DNA from: a virus
Length of the DNA: 64,000 nucleotides
Strand: one strand, 5' to 3'
Virus record (IMG/VR): IMGVR_UViG_3300005537_000002
Coordinates: 1 to 64,000 of that record
Made by a program: the position numbers and the translations under genes. How positions within the stretch are numbered: the stretch's first letter is position 1; each line of letters begins with the position of its first letter. The notes beneath the pieces are model-generated. The model saw only the letters and a program-made list of their open reading frames with translations, did not search any database and had not been told where the DNA came from. Below, one piece after another: positions 55,877-64,000 of this stretch.

Positions 55877-56953
55877 ATGTTAGACACACGTATTAAGGAA
55901 ATGGTGGTTGCTTATAGCAACTTAATCGAGTCGTACGGAGGCCCAACCGAATTTGCAAAGCAGGGTGCGTACAGTACGCCGTATTGGGGGACTCAGCAGA
56001 TTACGAGCTATCCACAAGTTGTAACCCAACTTGTGGAGATAGCTCCACAGTACGTAGACTTGACTGCTGGTGGTGGTAGGTATCCGGTGCATCGAGCACA
56101 GCAAGGTCAGCGAGTCGCTTGTAACGACCGCTGTGTATATGCTGCAGTGTCGTTGGACGCAGTGCTGTGTAGTAAAACGACGCATACACTCGGATTCGAA
56201 GAGTGGCTAGAGGCATTCGCTCAAGCTACACATCCGATCTACGTAGCTTCTCGAAAGGGTTGGCTGCATAGACGTGCAGCGAAAGGTGATGTACTAGAAG
56301 GTTTCGAGGCAACAGCCTCGTACATCGACGGGTTGGTGAGTCAATTCGAGCGAGACTCGTTAGTGCTGGCTGCTGTAGGTGCAACTTTAGTTGAGGACTG
56401 TTCGCACAACGGGCTGAGTTGGTTGCAAGATGTCAGTTCCGTAACGACGGACGTGTTTTGGCGTAGTTTTGTACGTGAAGCTGTACGTATACGCTGTACT
56501 ATTGACAGTATGCCTATGCACGGGTATGTGCATCAGGTTACGAATATGGACGCACTCGAGTCACTCGACAACCTACATATCGAAGGAGGAGCTGTCTGCT
56601 ATATCGATCCGGCTTGGCCTTGGATGAGTACAGACGGAGCTAACCCGTATACGTTCTTCAGCACTCAAATATCAGCTGTGCTAGCGCAAAGTGATCTGCA
56701 AGTACCGTTCTGGAGTAGACATGAACCCGAAGCTGTGTACGCGGAGATTGGGACCTGGATCAACCGAGCGTTCGAGAAGGGTGCGGCCTACTTTATCGTA
56801 AGCACACAGGGTACGAACTCGCCTCCGCCAAACGATCTGTACGATTGGTTGGGTACAGAGTTTGATCTTACACACGTAGAGAACGTGGTGGCGAAGAGTT
56901 CCCGCACCGGTAAAGAATTCGTAGAGTGGTATGGTATAGTGAAAGCGTCGTAG
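55877..56953 (+). CDS. SAM-dependent DNA amino-methyltransferase-like protein
   Basis: Motif-I-like YVDLTAGGG...ACND; motif-IV-like YIDPAW. Confidence 0.55.
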   Translation: MLDTRIKEMVVAYSNLIESYGGPTEFAKQGAYSTPYWGTQQITSYPQVVTQLVEIAPQYVDLTAGGGRYPVHRAQQGQRVACNDRCVYAAVSLDAVLCSKTTHTLGFEEWLEAFAQATHPIYVASRKGWLHRRAAKGDVLEGFEATASYIDGLVSQFERDSLVLAAVGATLVEDCSHNGLSWLQDVSSVTTDVFWRSFVREAVRIRCTIDSMPMHGYVHQVTNMDALESLDNLHIEGGAVCYIDPAWPWMSTDGANPYTFFSTQISAVLAQSDLQVPFWSRHEPEAVYAEIGTWINRAFEKGAAYFIVSTQGTNSPPPNDLYDWLGTEFDLTHVENVVAKSSRTGKEFVEWYGIVKAS

Positions 56954-56973
56954 CCTAATACCATATCTACGTT

Positions 56974-57001
56974 ATACTGCAGAGCTGGAGCTCTGCAGTA
57001 T
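56974..57001 (+). terminator. Hairpin after the methyltransferase-like gene
   Basis: ATACTGCAGAGC-TGGA-GCTCTGCAGTAT-TGATTT. Confidence 0.6.
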
Positions 57002-57104
57002 TGATTTGTATACATATATAACATATACTAAAGTATAGAGCGGTTCGGAGTGTTGGCTCCGATGAGTTCTCACCCAACTCATACAGCGGACCGCTCTATA
57101 CTTA
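57001..57104 (+). ncRNA. Candidate small structured RNA with its own promoter
   Basis: TTGATT-N17-TATACT, then a three-way junction: AAGTATAGAGCGGT/ACCGCTCTATACTT enclosing CGGAG/CTCCG and ATGAGTT/AACTCAT. Confidence 0.45.
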
Positions 57105-57181
57105 GGGGACACTCTTAAAAGTCACTGGCAGTACATTATAATTATTCATACTTATACTGTATACAGTGCTAGGAACTGTCA

Positions 57182-58246
57182 GTGCCTGTTCGTACTATTT
57201 CTGCTTCACAACTGCAAGAGTTCTCTACTTGCAGACGACGCTGGGGCTATAGTGCCCTAGAACATTTGGATAGCCGGAGACAGTCGTATGCTTTATGGTT
57301 CGGCATCGGGGTACACCACGCACTAGATCGATTTTATTCCTTAGGCTTCGACCCTTCTGTAAGCTTTGATACGTGGTGGTCTACTGAGACTACCAAGCAA
57401 CAGGCAGGTCAACGTTCGCTGTTGGGTGAACGGGATATTGAACAGAAGTGGCTTGAGTTACGTCAGTTAGGTATAGGCATGCTATCACACTATCGGGAAT
57501 GGGCTCGTCTGCAGGACGACTTCGAGGTACTAGCAACAGAGGCGGACTTTCGGGTACCCATTCCCGAAACCGAAGGTCACTTAGTTGGCAGGTTCGACGG
57601 CATTATACGACTATGGCGCAGACCAAACGACGTGTATTTACTCGAACACAAGAGCTACAGTATCAAACCCCCACAATACTTCCTGCTACTCGACGAACAG
57701 ACTAACGTGTATCAGTGGGCAGCTACAAAACTACTTGCAAGTGGAGATTTAGCACAGTACGGTGTACCTGAAACCGCCACTGTTAAGGGTGTGTTGTATA
57801 ACGGGTTGAGGAAAGCCGTTCCAACTACTCCCCCGCTTGCTGACGACGGTAAGAGTTTACTAAGGGACGCGCGTATTGCTACAACGTATGAGTTGTATTT
57901 AGCTTCTATACGGGAGCACGACTTTTCGCCGAGTGACTATGCTGATGTGCTAGTGAAGTTGAAACTACGTGGTAACCGCTATTTCTATCGAGAGTGGATA
58001 CAAAGGTCAGCAGAGGAGCTGACTAGACTAGAGCGGAGACTGACCTCGCAATTTAGGGCCATGTCTAACCCGGAAGTTGCCCTACTTCCGTCGCCTACGT
58101 GGGATTGCTACTGGCGGTGTCCGTACTTCTCGTTGTGTGTCGCTGAAAACACTGGGAAGGATTATGACGAGATCAAAAGGACGCAGTACGCTCCTAGGGT
58201 ATGGTCTAGAGAGAAAACACCGTCAACGACTGACGATTTCCTGTAG
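57182..58246 (+). CDS. PD-(D/E)XK exonuclease (RecB/Cas4-like), copy 1
   Basis: ISASQLQEFSTCRRRW, FGIGVHHAL, GRFDG, LLEHK, QTNVY, CYWRCPYFSLC. Confidence 0.85.
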   Translation: MPVRTISASQLQEFSTCRRRWGYSALEHLDSRRQSYALWFGIGVHHALDRFYSLGFDPSVSFDTWWSTETTKQQAGQRSLLGERDIEQKWLELRQLGIGMLSHYREWARLQDDFEVLATEADFRVPIPETEGHLVGRFDGIIRLWRRPNDVYLLEHKSYSIKPPQYFLLLDEQTNVYQWAATKLLASGDLAQYGVPETATVKGVLYNGLRKAVPTTPPLADDGKSLLRDARIATTYELYLASIREHDFSPSDYADVLVKLKLRGNRYFYREWIQRSAEELTRLERRLTSQFRAMSNPEVALLPSPTWDCYWRCPYFSLCVAENTGKDYDEIKRTQYAPRVWSREKTPSTTDDFL

Positions 58247-58275
58247 GCGCTGCCTTGGTGTTAGACTCCGCCCTC

Positions 58276-58304
58276 TTGATTTTGTTTATGTAATCCTTTA
58301 TAAT
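58276..58304 (+). promoter_or_regulatory. Sigma70-type promoter
   Basis: CTC-TTGATT-N17-TATAAT. Confidence 0.7.
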
Positions 58305-58325
58305 ATAAATAAGAAGATTTAATAA

Positions 58326-59492
58326 ATGAGGAGGCAACAAGTGACCCAAGACAACAAACGCAACCCGTTTAGAGTCGTTGCCCTACCCGTAAGACGCATA
58401 AGTGCCACTGGTATAAGCGAATTTAAGGAATGTAGGAGGAGATGGTACTACTCTAACGAGTCCCAGTTGAATTTGGAGCCTAAACGTGGGACAGTTGCGT
58501 ACGACTTTGGGAGAAAGATTCATCATGCGTTAGAGCGACACTATCGGGATGGTGTGCATGCATCCGATGCGTTTGTAGAAGTATTTGATAGTGATGTAAC
58601 TCGTATGGTAGAAGTGGGGATGATGGGAGATGACTATAGCAAGTACGAAGCTATGCGTGAATTGGGTGTGCAAATGCTGACGTATTACGAGAACTGGGCT
58701 AGCACTCACGACGACTTCAAGATGCTGCACACCGAGTTTGAATTTGAAATCCCGCTAGTCGACTATGACGGAACAGACTTAGGGGTCTATTTTGTGGGGC
58801 GTATTGACGGTATCGTCCGTACTAATGACGGCCTGTATTATTTAATCGAGTACAAGACGGCTGGTACACATTTGGCCAGTGACGTCATGCTACTAGATGA
58901 GCAGACAGCTAGATACCAGTTAGCGGCTCAGTGGTTGATACGCAATGGTAAAGTACCGGGTATACCTAGTGATGCTATACTAAGTGGGGTTATTTACACG
59001 GCACTGCTTAAAAAGATAGTTAAACCCCCACTACTACTCAAAAACGGAAAAGGGTTGAGTAAGGATATAGTCACCAACCCAACTACGTACGAGCTGTATC
59101 TGAAAGCGATACAGGACAATGGCTTTAACGAAAGCGACTATGCAGCTGTGCTAGATAAGCTGCAGAACACGTACCCAACTGGTACGATATTTGTGCGTAG
59201 AGAGTATGTGTTGAGGAGTAAGGACGAGATGCAGGGTCATGCACACAGGCTAATGTTGGAAGTGAGGGAGATGTCGAGAGAGAACCTACCTATTTATCCT
59301 AGTCCCAAATGGGACGGCTCTTGCGCGTGGAGTTGTCCGTATCATGCGCTGTGTGTGACGGAAAATATAACTGGAAATCTCGGGGGTGAGGTAGACTTCC
59401 GCATACGTAACGAGTTTGTGCAGCGTCCACCAAGGGGAGGAGTCTACCAACAGCCACGAGAAGGAGGATACGACGGCCAAGAGTTAGGCTAG
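58326..59492 (+). CDS. PD-(D/E)XK exonuclease (RecB/Cas4-like), copy 2
   Basis: ISATGISEFKECRRRW, FGRKIHHAL, GRIDG, LIEYK, QTARY, CAWSCPYHALC. Confidence 0.85.
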   Translation: MRRQQVTQDNKRNPFRVVALPVRRISATGISEFKECRRRWYYSNESQLNLEPKRGTVAYDFGRKIHHALERHYRDGVHASDAFVEVFDSDVTRMVEVGMMGDDYSKYEAMRELGVQMLTYYENWASTHDDFKMLHTEFEFEIPLVDYDGTDLGVYFVGRIDGIVRTNDGLYYLIEYKTAGTHLASDVMLLDEQTARYQLAAQWLIRNGKVPGIPSDAILSGVIYTALLKKIVKPPLLLKNGKGLSKDIVTNPTTYELYLKAIQDNGFNESDYAAVLDKLQNTYPTGTIFVRREYVLRSKDEMQGHAHRLMLEVREMSRENLPIYPSPKWDGSCAWSCPYHALCVTENITGNLGGEVDFRIRNEFVQRPPRGGVYQQPREGGYDGQELG

Positions 59493-59554
59493 CCACCTAA
59501 CATCTCGAACAAACTAAAACCTCAAAACACAAACATCTAACAAGGGAAACAGTA

Positions 59555-60391
59555 ATGGCAGTAACACAGGGGGTACAACCGACGCTCACGATACCCCCAC
59601 TACGAATTGAGAGTCCCCAACAAGCGGCGGAGTACATCAAAGTATTGGTGTACGGTATACAAGGTATGGGTAAGACCTACTTTGTAGGGACTGCCGAAGA
59701 CGTTCCGTCGATGAGGAACGTCTTCATCGCCGACTACGACAAGGGTATGATGACCCTAGCTGCTTTAGGGCGAGGTTCGCACCTAAAGACAGTTCAACTA
59801 GAGGCGTTCAGCGGTTACTGGAAGGGAACAGAGTATATTCCGGGTATAACGGACATATACAAGTTCCTAACAGAACAGCCTCACGAGTATAAGACTATCG
59901 TCATTGACGGGGTTCGAGCGATGCAGGAGCTATGTCACGAACAAGTCATGAAAGAGGCGGCAGCTCGAGAAAGGCGTGACCCTGAAGTACCCCAGCAACA
60001 AGACTACGGTCGAGTTGCTTCTCGTATGAAGTTGGTTCTGCAACGATTTGTTAGTCTGCCGATGAACGTTATCATGACGTGTCAGGAGCAGTCGATGCAG
60101 AACCAGTTGACGATGAAGATGTCAACTCGTCCTCACCTACAGGAGTCGCTTGCTCTATTGATTCCAGGTCTATTCGATGTAGTGCTACATCTAGACGTAG
60201 CTGTAAAGATGGTAGATGGTAAGTCGATAACGACTAGACTTGCTCAGTGCCAGCCAGATGGACAGTACGTAGCTAAGGATAGGTCCGGAAGGTTGGGGTC
60301 TGTTATTGAGGACCCTACAATGGGATACATTCACGATCGGGTTACAGCCGCGTTAGCGGTAAAACCCACTACTACCACCAAAGTTAAGTAA
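59555..60391 (+). CDS. Sak4-like AAA-family recombination ATPase
   Basis: VYGIQGMGKT, TIVIDG, QQQDYG, GLFDVVLHL, AKDRSG. Confidence 0.85.
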   Translation: MAVTQGVQPTLTIPPLRIESPQQAAEYIKVLVYGIQGMGKTYFVGTAEDVPSMRNVFIADYDKGMMTLAALGRGSHLKTVQLEAFSGYWKGTEYIPGITDIYKFLTEQPHEYKTIVIDGVRAMQELCHEQVMKEAAARERRDPEVPQQQDYGRVASRMKLVLQRFVSLPMNVIMTCQEQSMQNQLTMKMSTRPHLQESLALLIPGLFDVVLHLDVAVKMVDGKSITTRLAQCQPDGQYVAKDRSGRLGSVIEDPTMGYIHDRVTAALAVKPTTTTKVK

Positions 60392-60409
60392 CAGAAAGGG
60401 ACAGCAACA

Positions 60410-60901
60410 ATGGCAACATTAGATTTCAGTCAAGTCGAGGAGAGAGAAGGTTTTAATACTCTTCCTACGGGAGCTTATACGGTAGCTCTTGCTAAGGTGG
60501 AACAGAAAATGTCTAACTCTAGCGGTAAGCCAATGTATTCAGTGGAGTTCGTCATTCAAGGACCGATTTATGCACAGCGCCGGTTGTGGGATAATTTCAG
60601 TCTCCAACTGAACTCGATGTGGAAACTGCAAGCATTTCTGCAAGCACTTCACCCGGAGGAAGAGATTGGGAAGACCTACGACTGGGTCGAGAATGGGGAT
60701 CAAGGCCGACAGGTCGTAGCTTTGGTTAAGCACGAGGTCTATAACGGTAAGTTGTCTGAACGTATCGAAGCGTATTGGCCCGCTAACGAGAAAGGTCAGG
60801 AAGTGTTAGCACGTAACGTTCCTGATCCGAAGAGCGTTCCGAGCATGCCAGAGAACGGAGCACAAGCTCCGGTAGGGGCTAGCTCACTGTTTAGTATGTA
60901 G
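60410..60901 (+). CDS. DUF669-type single-stranded DNA-binding protein
   Basis: LPTGAYTV...SGKPMYSVEF...RRLWDNF; C-terminal aromatic tail; follows Sak4. Confidence 0.75.
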   Translation: MATLDFSQVEEREGFNTLPTGAYTVALAKVEQKMSNSSGKPMYSVEFVIQGPIYAQRRLWDNFSLQLNSMWKLQAFLQALHPEEEIGKTYDWVENGDQGRQVVALVKHEVYNGKLSERIEAYWPANEKGQEVLARNVPDPKSVPSMPENGAQAPVGASSLFSM

Positions 60902-60909
60902 TCGTTCCC

Positions 60910-60960
60910 ACTAATGGATGCAGAGTTAGACTCCTAACTCTGCATCCATTAGTACTATTT
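60910..60960 (+). terminator. 20-bp perfect hairpin, probable terminator
   Basis: ACTAATGGATGCAGAGTTAG-ACTC-CTAACTCTGCATCCATTAGT. Confidence 0.7.
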
Positions 60961-60994
60961 AAGACGCGCTAATACTAAACAGGAAAGGAAGCTG

Positions 60995-61405
60995 ATGGAA
61001 CAGGCATTAATTCGAAAGGCCTTCAAGTTTGAGTCTGCACATCAATTACCACATCATAGAGGTCAGTGTGCTAGACTCCATGGACATTCTTACCGGTTAG
61101 AGGTTTTTGTGTACGGTCCGATACAAGAAGTAGTCGAAGACGCACCTGACAGTAGTGAGGGCATGGTAATGGACTTTGGTGATATAAGTGCGGTAGTAAA
61201 GGAACACATTATTACTAGACTCGACCACTACAATCTGAATGACGTGGTTCCCGTTCCAGTAACGACTGCAGAGTTAGTCGCTTGCTGGATTCGAGATACA
61301 TTGCTCCCCTACGTGCCAAATTTGTTTGCCATACGTCTTTGGGAGACCGAAGACGGCTACGCTGAAGTGTACGTAGGCGGAGCAAACTTCAAGTTGTTGC
61401 CGTAG
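60995..61405 (+). CDS. queD: 6-carboxy-5,6,7,8-tetrahydropterin synthase
   Basis: FESAHQL...CARLHGHSY...MDFG...LDH..LN...TAE...LWETE. Confidence 0.92.
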   Translation: MEQALIRKAFKFESAHQLPHHRGQCARLHGHSYRLEVFVYGPIQEVVEDAPDSSEGMVMDFGDISAVVKEHIITRLDHYNLNDVVPVPVTTAELVACWIRDTLLPYVPNLFAIRLWETEDGYAEVYVGGANFKLLP

Positions 61406-61454
61406 TGCGTAACGTATAGAGAAAGGCGCCTAACATGTTGAAGGAGGAAAACCT

Positions 61455-62234
61455 TTGAGTATTGACACTCAGACAGTCTCCGAAGTTGAACCAAACGTCG
61501 TTGAACGGAAGTTTACTGTCAGTGAGATTTATGGAGACGTAGTTCAGGGGGAAGGAACTATGACTTACGTACGCACCCATTTCTTACGGATGGGTGGCTG
61601 CGACTACCAACATTGCAGTTGGTGTGATAGTTTGTACGCAGTTCTCCCAGAAGAGGTACGTAAGTTGGAACGGTTATCCGCAAAGGAGATCGTTACAAGA
61701 ATACTTAGTCTACCTAGAGCTCCATACGTTACCATTAGTGGGGGTAATCCGGTAATGCACAAACTAGATGACGTAGTTGATGCATTGCACGCTGCAAATT
61801 ATTGTGTGGCAGTCGAGACTCAGGGAACGCTTTGGAAAGACTGGGTAGGACAGTGCGAGTGTATCACTTGCTCTCCTAAACCACCTAGCTCAGGTATGAC
61901 GACCAATTGGTCGTTACTGGACAATTTCATCGCCAAGTCAAGACTTGCCAACACACAACTGTGCTTAAAGGTAGTCGTCTTCACTGATGATGACTACGAG
62001 TACGCACGGACGGTGTACCATAGATACAGATGCGATGATGGGAGTACACCATTCTACCTACAAACTGGTACGATACTGCCAACTACAGAGAATCCGAATG
62101 GGGATACAGTTTATACTCTAACCCAACGATATAGAGAGTTGACCGAACGAGTACTAGCGGACGGTGACATGCAGTATGCTAGACCTAGTTGTCAACAGCA
62201 TGTACTGATGTACGGCCACAAGAGAGGAATCTGA
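61455..62234 (+). CDS. queE: 7-carboxy-7-deazaguanine synthase (radical SAM)
   Basis: QGEG, RMGGCDYQHCSWCDS, ISGGNP, ETQG, CSPKPPSSG, QQHVLMYG. Confidence 0.92.
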   Translation: MSIDTQTVSEVEPNVVERKFTVSEIYGDVVQGEGTMTYVRTHFLRMGGCDYQHCSWCDSLYAVLPEEVRKLERLSAKEIVTRILSLPRAPYVTISGGNPVMHKLDDVVDALHAANYCVAVETQGTLWKDWVGQCECITCSPKPPSSGMTTNWSLLDNFIAKSRLANTQLCLKVVVFTDDDYEYARTVYHRYRCDDGSTPFYLQTGTILPTTENPNGDTVYTLTQRYRELTERVLADGDMQYARPSCQQHVLMYGHKRGI

Positions 62235-62236
62235 CA

Positions 62237-63028
62237 TTGACAACGCAGCGTATGCCGTTCAACTTAAGTGCGGAACTTGTTGCCGGTCTTCGTAAGCAAT
62301 CCGTACGAGCTTGTCTGCAGTGTGGCGTAACGGAAGCCCAGTCGTTGGAGTTAACGGGTAGAGGTTTGCAGACACATAGGGTTAAGAGTGGGGAAGTGAC
62401 AGAGGACATTGTAATGTGCCACGACTGTCACTTCCGCCAGCATAATGACCCGGAAGTGGACCGAGCACGATATCAAACTGTGCTAGCTTCTACTCGTAAT
62501 TGGCTGGAATCCTTAGGGGTAGACCTAACACACGGCGACTTCAGAGAAACTGCTAGGAGAGTGGCTACATACTACTTAGGACACTTTAAGTCTCCGGATT
62601 CTGTTGAGTACGAGTTAGAACAACTACGACAGGCGAAGTTCTCGACAGGATATAGTGGTATGGTAGCTGTATCCGGCATTCAAGCGGACGGTCTCTGTCC
62701 TCACCATCTGCTACCTGTACGATATACTATTAAAGTAGGGTATCTCCCCTACGAAGGTAGAGCAATCGGCCTGTCTAAGCTGCCGAGGGTAGTTGAGTTA
62801 TGTGCCAGCATACCTCGATTACAAGAAGATATCACGATGTGGATAGCGGAAGAGGTTTCGCTAGCTGCAGAAACTCCTCACGTAGCTGTGCAAATTGTGG
62901 GGAAGCACAGTTGTATGGAGATTAGGGGCGTCCGTCAACGTAAGTCGGATACTACAACTACAGTGCTTCTAGGTCACTTCCTAGAAGAAACTAATTCTCA
63001 CCGCGAATTCCTAGCGCTCACCGACTAG
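62237..63028 (+). CDS. folE: GTP cyclohydrolase I with an N-terminal Zn-finger/HNH-like extension
   Basis: ETARRVA, LCPHHLLP, IGLSKLPR, RLQE, GKHSCMEIRGV; TTG start after AGAGGA (ORF track start 62189). Confidence 0.9.
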   Translation: MTTQRMPFNLSAELVAGLRKQSVRACLQCGVTEAQSLELTGRGLQTHRVKSGEVTEDIVMCHDCHFRQHNDPEVDRARYQTVLASTRNWLESLGVDLTHGDFRETARRVATYYLGHFKSPDSVEYELEQLRQAKFSTGYSGMVAVSGIQADGLCPHHLLPVRYTIKVGYLPYEGRAIGLSKLPRVVELCASIPRLQEDITMWIAEEVSLAAETPHVAVQIVGKHSCMEIRGVRQRKSDTTTTVLLGHFLEETNSHREFLALTD

Positions 63029-63032
63029 GGAT

Positions 63033-63530
63033 GTGGTAGTGCAAGAAGAAAGGTACACTTTTGTGAATCAACCTAGACCAGCGGGTACGTTTACGTACAC
63101 AGACCACGAGTTTAATGAAGAGTTCCTGCATTTCATGCAGGAGTGTATGGAAACGTATCGAGAACGAGCTCAAGAGTACAATAACGCAGCGGCTAGTACG
63201 TCGATGTTAGAGTACTTTGAGCCGGATGTGGTGATCCCAAACCACTTTGCAGCGTGCTACATGTACGTTAAACATAAGTTCAGTCGGTTCGCAAACTGCC
63301 TGAAGAACTACATCGCAAAGGTAGAACTCGTTGCTGACACTCGAGTTAGTTACGAACGAGCGGAAGATAGCATACGAGACTTAGTCAACTACGCCGCATT
63401 TGAGGCAGTCATTCTACGACTGCACTACAAGTGGGTACAGTCCCAACTACGTACGCCTCAAGCTATCTATGATCAAGCTCCAGAGATTGACGTAGATCAA
63501 CAAGTTCCCGTTGTGAACGGACACCACTAA
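63033..63530 (+). CDS. Nucleotide-modification-associated (DUF1599/MazG-like) protein
   Basis: RAQEYN...KHKFSRF...EDSIRDLVNYA pattern within the deazaguanine cluster. Confidence 0.6.
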   Translation: MVVQEERYTFVNQPRPAGTFTYTDHEFNEEFLHFMQECMETYRERAQEYNNAAASTSMLEYFEPDVVIPNHFAACYMYVKHKFSRFANCLKNYIAKVELVADTRVSYERAEDSIRDLVNYAAFEAVILRLHYKWVQSQLRTPQAIYDQAPEIDVDQQVPVVNGHH

Positions 63531-63547
63531 ACGAAAGGTGCAGGCTG

Positions 63548-64000
63548 ATGCAAGCGTCAATCATCAGTCCTGTATCTTTACTAGATGCAGTTTCATTACG
63601 ACAGAAACTGCATCTAGTCTTAGTACAGGAGCTGGAGAGAAGCAAGGCGTATGCAGACTTCTATACGAACGTTATACGGCCTAGAGGTGACTACCTTATT
63701 CTAGATAATGGCGCGTTCGAGCTAGGAGAAGCTGCTAGTGCTGAACTACTCCTCAAATGGGTACGATTGCTGCATCCGGATGAAATTGTGTTACCGGATG
63801 TACGCGAGGATTCCTTTGCTACGCTTAGTCGCACAACCGACTTCATACAGCACGTCTTACCGTTGATAGACTACCCGATTAAGTGTATGGCAGTGCCTCA
63901 AGGGAAAAACTTGCAAGAGTGGATGATGTGCTTGCATATTATGCTGTCTATACCCCAGATTACGTGTATCGGACCTTATGAGGAAAGTGCCGACTGGTTC
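63548..64000 (+). CDS. TGT/DpdA-like deazaguanine-DNA transglycosylase, 3'-truncated (not in ORF track)
   Basis: My translation: MQASIISP...YLILDNGAFELG...PDEIVLPDV...MAVPQG...; open to the window end; follows queD-queE-folE. Confidence 0.7.
   Translation, partial: MQASIISPVSLLDAVSLRQKLHLVLVQELERSKAYADFYTNVIRPRGDYLILDNGAFELGEAASAELLLKWVRLLHPDEIVLPDVREDSFATLSRTTDFIQHVLPLIDYPIKCMAVPQGKNLQEWMMCLHIMLSIPQITCIGPYEESADWF

Noticed and set aside
57055-57095. Hammerhead ribozyme (CCGATGAG resembles CUGAUGAG)
   Set aside because: The core has C instead of U, and the required GAAA strand is missing.
57182-59492. CRISPR-Cas adaptation genes (cas4)
   Set aside because: No cas1/cas2 or array; the Sak4-SSB context indicates recombination exonucleases.
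1-64000. Prophage att site or integrase
   Set aside because: No recombinase gene and no host genes in the window; lifestyle cannot be determined.

Overview
A 64-kb segment of a larger tailed dsDNA bacteriophage genome (siphovirus-like: tail tube, frameshifted tail chaperone, 1577-aa tape measure). No integrase, terminase or portal is in the window, and the host cannot be assigned from sequence alone. Layout: (i) end of the head module. The major capsid gene is split by three group I introns (spliced join 847-1212, 1457-1634, 2730-3339, 3597-3657; 404 aa), and intron 2 carries an HNH homing endonuclease. (ii) A promoter-rich accessory island (3.8-10.4 kb) with multi-HTH proteins, a TGT-fold protein, and a conserved coiled-coil gene followed by a ~350-nt structured RNA containing two circularly permuted tRNA mimics. 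(iii) Head-completion, tail and large Ser/Thr-rich virion genes (10.6-35.6 kb), including a fourth group I intron and an apparently split baseplate-hub gene. (iv) Membrane/lysis-type genes, a sigma-like regulator, endolysin and holin. (v) Replication/recombination genes: primase-helicase, SNF2, DinG, full-length Pol I, two tandem PD-(D/E)XK exonucleases, Sak4-like AAA protein and DUF669 SSB. (vi) A 7-deazaguanine DNA-modification cluster (queD, queE, folE, TGT/DpdA-like) running off the right edge. The octamer CTGTGCTA/TAGCACAG is strongly over-represented throughout (about 46 copies counted by eye versus about 2 expected). All family assignments come from motif recognition by eye, not database searches.
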